NCBI GenBank assembly: GCA_046597055.1
Contig: JBKJLC010000205.1
Coordinates: 1 to 27,916, forward strand
Source of the DNA: Kofleriaceae bacterium
GTDB taxonomy: Bacteria > Myxococcota_A > Polyangia > Haliangiales > Haliangiaceae
Reading direction: 5' to 3'
DNA: 27,916 nt
In this document: one piece after another, positions 1 through 7,196 of the stretch
How the letters are laid out: every line of letters starts with the position of its first letter
Numbering within the stretch: position 1 is the stretch's first letter
Notes under the pieces: generated by a model
What the model saw: only the letters and a program-made list of their open reading frames with translations
Database searches by the model: none
Told to the model about the DNA's origin: nothing
Made by a program: the position numbers and the translations under genes

Positions 1-387
1 ACCTTCCGGGTCGCGCCGGATCTGGCAGCGGCGCTCCAGCAGCTCCCCAACCAGACCGCGTTCGTGGAGGCCGCGCTGCGCGACGCGCTCCGGCAGAGCT
101 GTCCGCTGTGCGACGGATCCGGCCGCGCGCCCGTCGCAGACTTCGCAGTGCCCGACTTCCGCGACCAGCAGCTGCCGCGGCTCGCGCCCGCCGCAGGGCG
201 CCGGTTGCGCGAGATCGTCCGGCTGGGCCGGCGGGTGTGGGCGACTGGGCTCGAGCTCACCCGCGAGGCCGACGCCGCCTGGCGGTTTCGCCTGCGCCGC
301 GGCGACGAGCTGCTGCTGACCGGTCGCATCGGCGACGGATCTGACGATCACGACCTCGTCCTGGGCGAGCCCTCTCGCTCCAACTGA
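1..387 (+). CDS. Ribbon-helix-helix (CopG-like) DNA-binding protein with a single CxxCxGxG motif, 5'-truncated by the window edge
   Basis: Frame 1 is open from base 1: TFRVAPDLAAALQQLPNQTAFVEAALRDAL (beta strand-helix-helix pattern typical of RHH proteins), then SCPLCDGSG. Stop TGA at 385-387. Confidence 0.6.
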   Translation, partial: TFRVAPDLAAALQQLPNQTAFVEAALRDALRQSCPLCDGSGRAPVADFAVPDFRDQQLPRLAPAAGRRLREIVRLGRRVWATGLELTREADAAWRFRLRRGDELLLTGRIGDGSDDHDLVLGEPSRSN

Positions 388-400
388 AGAGGAGATTCAC

Positions 401-721
401 ATGGCAACGATGATCACCGACGACTGCATCGGCTGTGGCCGCTGCGCCGAGGAGTGCCCCAACGAGGCCATCTCGCTCGCCGACGATGGCTTCATGTACC
501 GGATCGCAGCCGAGCGCTGCACCGAGTGCGTCGGCTTTCACCGCATGGAGATGTGCCAGGCGGTGTGCCCGGTCGACTGCTGCTTGCCCGATCCGGAGCG
601 ACCCGAGACCGAGGACGCGCTGCGCGCGCGCGCCGAGGCGCTGCACCCGCGGCTGGCCGGCACGCTGGTGCTGTCGCCGGCGACGTCGCGGTTCCGACAG
701 CCGCCAGGTACGGTAGAGTGA
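401..721 (+). CDS. YfhL-family 2x[4Fe-4S] ferredoxin
   Basis: Motifs CIGCGRCAEECPNEAI and CTECVGFH...CQAVCPVDCC. SD-like GAGGAG just upstream of ATG 401. Confidence 0.9.
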   Translation: MATMITDDCIGCGRCAEECPNEAISLADDGFMYRIAAERCTECVGFHRMEMCQAVCPVDCCLPDPERPETEDALRARAEALHPRLAGTLVLSPATSRFRQPPGTVE

Positions 722-724
722 CGC

Positions 725-2347
725 ATGGTGGCCGTACCCGCCCAGCAGCCTGGCGCGAGGCCTGAAGCGAAGTCGTTCCGGATCGAGGATCTGATCCGTT
801 ACGCGCGCGCGGGGCGCATCCGCGTGCCCCGGTTCCAGCGGGGCTTCAAGTGGGAGCGTCCGGACGTCGAGAAGTTGATCGACAGCATTCTCCGCGGGTT
901 CCCCATTGGAACGCTGCTGCTGTGGAGTCGTAAGGCCCCGGCCGAGCGGCTGACGATCGGGGGCCTGGCGCTGGATGTGCCCGAGCAGATTGCCTGGTAC
1001 GTCGTTGATGGTCAGCAGCGGGTGGTGTCCTTGGTCGCGACCCTGATCGCAGCAACCGAACGTGATGCGCGGTTCGACCTGCGCTTCGAGCTGTTCGTCG
1101 ACCTGGCGACCGGCCAGGTGAGGCACACCGCACGTGGCGAGCGTCCGCCATCGTACCTGCCGCTCGACCGGCTCGTCGACTCCGAAGACCTACTCGGCTG
1201 GATCGACGCCAATCGACTGACGCTTACTGCCGACGAAGTCAAGCAGGCGATCCGCGCGGGTCGCGCGGTTCGGGAGTACGAAGTCCCGGCGTACATCGTC
1301 GACGTCGACGACGAGCAGATCGTGCGAGAGATCTTCGAGCGCACGAACACCTCGGGCAAGAAGCTCGATACCAACGAGGTATTCAACGCCCTGCACGCGC
1401 CCCTGGATCGCGAACCAGCCGTGAAGCTTTCGGATGTGGTGGCGCGACTGCGCAGCCGCGGACTGGGTGACGTGGACGAGGATCACGTTCTGAACAGCTT
1501 GCTGACGATCGCAGGCAAGGGCCTATCCGGGGATCTCTCGCAGCGCCTACGAGGCGTCGACGTGACGATCGCTCTTGCGCGCACCGAGCGTGCGCTCGAC
1601 GGCGTGTTCGGATTTCTCGCGCAGGAAGTGGGGATGCCGCATCTCCGGCTCCTGCCCTACAAAAGTCCCTTGATGGTGCTGAGCACGTACTACGATCGAT
1701 TCCCGATTCCCTCGGCCCGCGCCCGGAGGCTGCTCACCCGGTGGCTATGGCGGGGCGTGGTGACCGAGGAGCTGCGCGGTGATGGCAAGGGCATGCGCCC
1801 GGCACTCGAAGCGCTTCGATCGGCACTGACTGACGAGGAGGCCGCGGTGGCGATCCTCGCGACCGTGAGTCGCGCGCGGCCGAGCCTCGACTGGAGCGAG
1901 CCTTTCAATATCGCCCATGCACGCCCTCGGCTACTGGCAGTTGCCATGGCCGAGCTTCGTCCGCAGCACCTGCAGTCCGCGGCGCCGCTGGACGTCGCAT
2001 CCTTGCTCAGCGGCGGCGCGGACGTTTTTCCCCAGATATTTGCGCGGCGCCCGACGGGTCCGGAGCTGCTGGCGCCGTACTCATCCGTCGGGAATCGACT
2101 GTTGCATCCACCCCTCGAGAGCGGAACGTTCTCGAGCTGGCTGGGGCAAGCCGCGCCCGCCGTGCTGGCGACCCACGGCGTCAGCGAGGCCGCGGTCGAG
2201 CATCTGCGCCGCGACGATCGGCGGGAATTTCTGGCGTTGCACCGGCAGCGGATCGAGGCGGTCGCGTGGCAGGTGATCGACAGCCACGCGGAGTGGGAAC
2301 ACTCCGACCGCACGTCGATCCAGGCCATGGGCGACGCGGAGGAATGA
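725..2347 (+). CDS. DUF262 (GmrS / ParB-Srx-like) domain protein, GmrSD-related, with a degenerate C-terminal nuclease-like region
   Basis: DUF262 signature motifs VPRFQRGFKW, LIDSILRGFPIGTLLLW, VVDGQQR and EIFERTNTSGKKL. C-terminal SVGNRLL resembles the HNH/DUF1524 'GNL' segment. Confidence 0.85.
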   Translation: MVAVPAQQPGARPEAKSFRIEDLIRYARAGRIRVPRFQRGFKWERPDVEKLIDSILRGFPIGTLLLWSRKAPAERLTIGGLALDVPEQIAWYVVDGQQRVVSLVATLIAATERDARFDLRFELFVDLATGQVRHTARGERPPSYLPLDRLVDSEDLLGWIDANRLTLTADEVKQAIRAGRAVREYEVPAYIVDVDDEQIVREIFERTNTSGKKLDTNEVFNALHAPLDREPAVKLSDVVARLRSRGLGDVDEDHVLNSLLTIAGKGLSGDLSQRLRGVDVTIALARTERALDGVFGFLAQEVGMPHLRLLPYKSPLMVLSTYYDRFPIPSARARRLLTRWLWRGVVTEELRGDGKGMRPALEALRSALTDEEAAVAILATVSRARPSLDWSEPFNIAHARPRLLAVAMAELRPQHLQSAAPLDVASLLSGGADVFPQIFARRPTGPELLAPYSSVGNRLLHPPLESGTFSSWLGQAAPAVLATHGVSEAAVEHLRRDDRREFLALHRQRIEAVAWQVIDSHAEWEHSDRTSIQAMGDAEE

Positions 2348-2348
2348 G

Positions 2349-3539
2349 GTGGAGCTCCGGGTCAGCCTGAACGCGACGCAAGTCGGCTTTATCCGTGCCC
2401 ATCGCGACGGGCGGAACGAGTTCGTGTTCGCTCGCGACTACCTGGCGGGCGCGCGGCGCCCGGTATTGGGACAGTACTTCGAGGATCATCTCAGCGAGAT
2501 TCAGCGGAGCCAGACGCACCTGCCGCCGTTTTTTTCAGCGCTGTTGCCGGAGGGAGGCCTGCGCGAGTTAGTCGCGCGGCGAGCCAACGTGCACGCGGAC
2601 CGGGAAGCTGCACTGATCGCGGTACTCGGCAAAGATCTGCCGGGCGCGGTCGTCGTGGAACCGATCACTGACCGGGTGGACGACCCGGACGCCGAGCCAG
2701 TGGCGCCGGCCGAGACGCCGCCGTCCGGCGCGCTGCGATTCTCGCTTGCCGGTGCTCAGCTCAAGTTCTCGGTCCTCTACAAGCTCACCGGACGTGGGCC
2801 CACCCTGCCGATCGACGGGGTTGGCGGCAACTGGATCGCCAAGCTGCCCAGCGAGACCTATCCGGGCGTGCCCGAGGTCGAGTATGTCGTCAGCCGGTGG
2901 GCGGGCCGCGTCGGCGTCGCTGTCCCAGAAGTACGGCTCGTCTCGGTCGGTGAGATCGAGGGCCTACCGGTCCAACTCGATCCCGGGCTGAAGGTCTTCC
3001 TCTCGCGACGCTTCGACCGCCCGGACGACGTCGCACGCGTGCATCAGGAGGATTTCGCCCAGGTGATGAACGTCCGACGCGAGGATCGCTACGGGACCTT
3101 GGGGTACGCCAGCCTCGCGCGAATCGTGCGCTCGGTAGCCGGGGAGGATGACTTCGACGAGGTCATTCGGCGGCTCGTGTTCAACGTACTCATCGGCAAC
3201 GGCGACGCCCACCTGAAGAACTGGTCGCTCGTTTATCCCGACGAGGTCAACGCGCGGCTCTCGCCCGCGTACGACCTGGTGCCCACCGTCGTCTACATCC
3301 CCGGGGACCGGCTCGCGCTCAAGCTCGTCCGTGAGAGCCGCTTCGACCAGATCGGGCTCGCCCACTTCGAAAAACTCGCGGTCAAAGTCGGCGTCTCGCC
3401 GAGCCGGGTCGTGGCGCTCGTCCGAGAGACCGCGCAACGGACGATGGCGACGTGGCCGAACGGCGAGCTCGAGCCTGCCCGCGACGCGTTGTTACGCGCG
3501 CATGTCGAGCTGCTGCCGTTGGTTCGCGAAGCCGCGTGA
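2349..3539 (+). CDS. hipA: HipA-family serine/threonine kinase toxin (N-terminal Couple_hipA-like plus HipA C-terminal kinase domains)
   Basis: Motifs LPPFFSALLPEG, GKDLPGAV, SLAGAQLKF (P-loop Ser), WIAKLP, RRFDR, HQEDFAQ, GNGDAHLKNWSL and LSPAYD. GTG start is 1 nt after the upstream TGA, with GGAGGA at ~2338-2343. Confidence 0.9.
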   Translation: MELRVSLNATQVGFIRAHRDGRNEFVFARDYLAGARRPVLGQYFEDHLSEIQRSQTHLPPFFSALLPEGGLRELVARRANVHADREAALIAVLGKDLPGAVVVEPITDRVDDPDAEPVAPAETPPSGALRFSLAGAQLKFSVLYKLTGRGPTLPIDGVGGNWIAKLPSETYPGVPEVEYVVSRWAGRVGVAVPEVRLVSVGEIEGLPVQLDPGLKVFLSRRFDRPDDVARVHQEDFAQVMNVRREDRYGTLGYASLARIVRSVAGEDDFDEVIRRLVFNVLIGNGDAHLKNWSLVYPDEVNARLSPAYDLVPTVVYIPGDRLALKLVRESRFDQIGLAHFEKLAVKVGVSPSRVVALVRETAQRTMATWPNGELEPARDALLRAHVELLPLVREAA

Positions 3540-3593
3540 GGCGGCGCGGGGAGGTTCGCCTCGGTCGACTGGGTTCCTTCCGCGCGGGTGGGT

Positions 3594-6179
3594 TCAGATC
3601 GTCGCGTCGCCGAAGTTGCCGTACCCGTCGCTGATGCGGATCCGGACGACGGTAGCCGCGGCGGCGCCCAGCTCGACGGTGACCTCGCCGGCGCTGGTGC
3701 TGGTGACGACCTGGGCCGCGCCCACCGGCGCACCGCCCGCGGCGAAGGCGGTCACGGTGAGCGCCTGGGTGCGCAGCGGCACCGGACGGTTCGACGGCGC
3801 GGCGAGATCGAGCAGGCGGTAGCCCTTGGGCGCGTGGTGATGCGCGGTCGCGCGGAGGGTCGTGCCGGTCCGGGTCGCGGCCACGGTCACCGGTCCGATC
3901 ACCACGGCGAACGGATCGCTGGCGAGCGACCAGCCGTCGCCCTCGACCCGGAACCGGTAGCGGCCGAGCGGCGCGCCGCCGCGGGCGCCGAGCCCGTCGA
4001 GCCCGGCGAGGCCGGTCCACGGCACCGGCTGCCACTCGACCGCCCACACGTGCTGCTGCGGCCCACCGGCGCGGACCAGCGGGCTGGGCGCGTGGACGAC
4101 GATCAGATCGCCGTCGAGCACCGGCCGACCGCTGCGCCGCGTGACCGGCGCCCAGGCGGCGCCGACCTCGCGCTCGAGCGTCACGCGCGGGGTGCGGGTC
4201 AACGGATCATCGCCGAGCCACACGAACGTCGCCAGGCCCGCCACCCGCGGCACCTCGGCCGCCGGCTGGGCCTGCGCCGGGCGGCCCGCGCGCATCCATA
4301 GATCCGCCGGCACGGTGGCCGGGATGGTGCCAGCCTGCGGCGCCGGTCGGTCGTGCGGCAGCTGGTCGCTGATGACCGGCATGACCACGCGATCGGTGCC
4401 GCCGGCGGCGCCGTCGCTGCGGGTGGCCGCCATCGCCAGCGGCATCAGCTCGGCGAGGCGCTCGACCAGGTACTCGCCCTCGAGCGGACCGTTGAACGTG
4501 ACGCTCGGCTCGTAGCCGCCTTGCAGCCAGTCCTCGGGCGTCAGGCAGTAGCCGACGTGACCCTGCGAGTAGCCGACCGCGATCGTGTGCACGCTGTCGA
4601 TCGGCGACGCCGCGCGCAGCGTGTCGGCGAGCAGCACGCTGAGCTCGCCCGGGACGGTCGCGACCAGGTGCTCGCCCAGGCGCAGCGCCGAGATCGTCGT
4701 GCGCGTGGTCTGGCACGCGGGCCGATCGGCGCTGACGTCGGCGAAGCTGATATCGAGCAGCTGGCCGAGGATCGGCGCCGCCTGGTCGATGCGCAAGCAC
4801 GAGCCGTAGACGTCCAGCCCTTCGGTGCCGGGCATCGCCGCCGCGGGAAACAGCGCCTGCTGCGTCTCGCACAGCGCGGCGCCGACCGGCGCGTTCCACT
4901 CGTCGATCGGGGACACCAACGTGCCGCCGTTCCACACGATGCCGTCGGCGGGTCGGTCGAGATCGAAGGGCGCATAGGCGAGCGCGCCGTCACGGATCGT
5001 GTAGGTGTCGGCGTGGGGCCCGAGCTCGACCGAGCGGGTCACCATCGCGAGCGCCAGGGTGTCCCGCATCTGGGTCCCCGCGGCGGTCCAGCCGGCCATG
5101 ATCGGATCGACCGCGGCGCGACCGTGGCCCTCGGCGGTCAGCCATCGGAAGCACGGATCATCGGCGCCACCCGGCTTGACCGCGCAGTCGACCTGGCCAT
5201 GGCCGGTCGCGGAGGTATCGGCGCCGCCGGCCTGCACGTGCATCACGACCACCGGCCGATCGAAGCGCTCCTCGACCATGCGCTCGAGCTCGCCGACCGA
5301 GTCGGTCGAGGCCAGCGGGTTGTCGGCCTCGTTGAGGGTCGGGTGCATGCCGACGATCGGGATGATCGCGATCGGCTCGCCGCTGGTGCGGTCGATGCGG
5401 ATCAGGTGGAAGCGCTCGTCCTTGCGGTTGCCGCCGGGCAGGTCGTCGTTGGCGCTGCGGCGCTCGTGGCTGATCGCATCGGTGGGATCGAAGTCGGTGT
5501 CGGTGAAGAAGCCGATCGTCGCCGGCCGCAGATCGGCGAGGGCGGCCCGCGCTGCCGCCTCGATCCCCTGCATGAACCGATCGTGGACCAGGCCCCGGAC
5601 CTCGCCCGAGCCGACCTTGAGCGGCGAGTGCGCGGTGTACTGCGACCAGGCCGAGTGGCTGTGCGACGTGCTGACGAGCACCTTGCCGTGGAGGTCGGGA
5701 CCGAGCCGGCGCTCGAGCTCGAACAGCCACTCCTCGTAGGCGAAGATCGCGTCGACCTTGAGCCACAGCACGGTCTCGCCGCCGGCGCGCAGGGCAACCG
5801 CCTTGACCAGCGGCCGGGTCTCGATGCCGACGGTCGCCTGCCAGGCGCCCGCGATCGGGACCACGCGGCTGTCGACCTTCGGCACGTTGCCGAGCGCTTC
5901 GGAGCGCGCGGTGTAGCCGCCCAGCCCGGTGCCCACCGGCACGTCGAGCGCGACCTCGGCCGCGCCGGCCTCGAGCGGCGCCGCGGTCACCGGCGTGCCG
6001 GCGTGCGCGGAGGGCGCGACCGGCTCGAACGTACAGTGCGCCGTGGTGACGCCAGCGTCAGGCCCGGCGCCGGGCGGGTCGTCGCCACAGCCGGCGGCGA
6101 GCGCGAGCGCCACGAGCGGCGCCCGGGCAGAACCGATGATAGACGCCAGGCCTCGTCCCACGCGCGGGGATTCCCTCAT
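3594..6179 (-). CDS. Neutral/alkaline non-lysosomal ceramidase-like lipoprotein
   Basis: Lipobox LALAAGC. Motifs GLGGY, SHSHS (metal-binding HxH), GMHPT, TVPGE, GYSQGHVGY...GGYE, plus C-terminal beta-rich domains. ATG 6179 chosen because an extended -10-like TGGTAGGGT lies 7 nt upstream. Confidence 0.7.
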   Translation of the reverse strand: MRESPRVGRGLASIIGSARAPLVALALAAGCGDDPPGAGPDAGVTTAHCTFEPVAPSAHAGTPVTAAPLEAGAAEVALDVPVGTGLGGYTARSEALGNVPKVDSRVVPIAGAWQATVGIETRPLVKAVALRAGGETVLWLKVDAIFAYEEWLFELERRLGPDLHGKVLVSTSHSHSAWSQYTAHSPLKVGSGEVRGLVHDRFMQGIEAAARAALADLRPATIGFFTDTDFDPTDAISHERRSANDDLPGGNRKDERFHLIRIDRTSGEPIAIIPIVGMHPTLNEADNPLASTDSVGELERMVEERFDRPVVVMHVQAGGADTSATGHGQVDCAVKPGGADDPCFRWLTAEGHGRAAVDPIMAGWTAAGTQMRDTLALAMVTRSVELGPHADTYTIRDGALAYAPFDLDRPADGIVWNGGTLVSPIDEWNAPVGAALCETQQALFPAAAMPGTEGLDVYGSCLRIDQAAPILGQLLDISFADVSADRPACQTTRTTISALRLGEHLVATVPGELSVLLADTLRAASPIDSVHTIAVGYSQGHVGYCLTPEDWLQGGYEPSVTFNGPLEGEYLVERLAELMPLAMAATRSDGAAGGTDRVVMPVISDQLPHDRPAPQAGTIPATVPADLWMRAGRPAQAQPAAEVPRVAGLATFVWLGDDPLTRTPRVTLEREVGAAWAPVTRRSGRPVLDGDLIVVHAPSPLVRAGGPQQHVWAVEWQPVPWTGLAGLDGLGARGGAPLGRYRFRVEGDGWSLASDPFAVVIGPVTVAATRTGTTLRATAHHHAPKGYRLLDLAAPSNRPVPLRTQALTVTAFAAGGAPVGAAQVVTSTSAGEVTVELGAAAATVVRIRISDGYGNFGDATI

Positions 6180-6250
6180 GCCTCGCACCCTACCAAGTCC
6201 TGCGGGTGCCCGGCGTGACAGACAGCGCGTCGGCGTGGCACGGTCGGGGC

Positions 6251-7153
6251 ATGGATGTCGCTGCCGCCCTGGCCGAGCTGGAAGCCGCCGGGACCGAGCA
6301 AAGTCGCAACGTCTACCGGCGTCACGGTGCGCCGGAGCCGCTGTTCGGCGTCCCGCCCGGGGACCTGCGCGGCCTGGCCGAGCGCATCGGCGCCGATCAC
6401 GCGCTCGCGCTGGGGCTGTGGGCCTCGGGCAACACCGACGCCCGCTGCCTGGCGACCCTGGTCGCCGATCCGGCCCGGGTCGACGCCGCGCTGGCCGACG
6501 CCTGGTCGAGCGACGCCCGCTACTTCGTGCTGTCCGACCTGGTCGCCGAGCTGGTGGCGCGCACGCCGCTCGCGATCGAGCGCATGTCGCAGTGGGTGGC
6601 CTCGTCCGACGAGTGGATCGGCCGCGCCGGCTGGTCGGTCATGGGCGAGCTGGCGCGCCGCCACCCCGACGTGCCCGACGCCGCGTTCACGCCGTACCTC
6701 GCGATCATCGAGCGCCGCATCCACGACGCGCCCAACCGCACCCGCGAGACGATGAACGAGGCGCTGATCGCGGTCGGCGCGCGCTCCGACGAGCTGGCGG
6801 CACCGGCGATCGCCGCCGCCGAGCGCATCGGCGCGGTCGCGATCGATCACGGCGCGAGCGGGCGCACCACCGCCGACGCGGTGGCCGCGATCCGCAAGGC
6901 GCGCAGCGGCGTTCGCGTGCGCGGCGGTGCCCGGCGCGGTCACGGGCCGGCCCGCCCGACCGCAGCGGCGGCGGCCAAGGCGACCGGCAAGAAGGTCGTG
7001 AAGCGTGCGGTGCGCCCGACCAAGAAGCCGGCCCGGCCCGCGGCCAAGCCCACCCGCGCCAGCAAGCCCACGGCCAGGCCGAAGCCGGCGACCACCAAGA
7101 CCGCGGCCCGCCCCGGCGCGCGCCGCGGCGGCCGCAAGCCGGCGCGTCGCTAG
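6251..7153 (+). CDS. DNA alkylation repair protein (AlkD-like HEAT-repeat family) with a Lys/Arg/Ala/Pro-rich C-terminal tail
   Basis: Segments YRRHGA..LFGV, LALGLWASGNTDARCLA, WVASSDEWIGRAGW and NRTRETMNEALIAVG are typical of the DNA_alkylation family. ATG 6251 is in frame with ORF 6206. Confidence 0.8.
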   Translation: MDVAAALAELEAAGTEQSRNVYRRHGAPEPLFGVPPGDLRGLAERIGADHALALGLWASGNTDARCLATLVADPARVDAALADAWSSDARYFVLSDLVAELVARTPLAIERMSQWVASSDEWIGRAGWSVMGELARRHPDVPDAAFTPYLAIIERRIHDAPNRTRETMNEALIAVGARSDELAAPAIAAAERIGAVAIDHGASGRTTADAVAAIRKARSGVRVRGGARRGHGPARPTAAAAAKATGKKVVKRAVRPTKKPARPAAKPTRASKPTARPKPATTKTAARPGARRGGRKPARR

Positions 7154-7196
7154 GTTCGCGTCCGCGAGCGGTCGAGGCTGACGATCGCCCGTCGGG

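Noticed and set aside
1..387. RHH protein as the antitoxin for HipA
   Set aside because: It is separated from hipA by the ferredoxin and DUF262 genes, has host-like codon usage, and is coupled to the ferredoxin. HipA antitoxins are typically adjacent HTH proteins.
6236..6251. TGGCACGGTCGGGGCA as a sigma54 promoter
   Set aside because: The -12 element lacks TT, and the start codon follows immediately, so the TSS would fall inside the gene. An extended -10 leaderless reading fits better.
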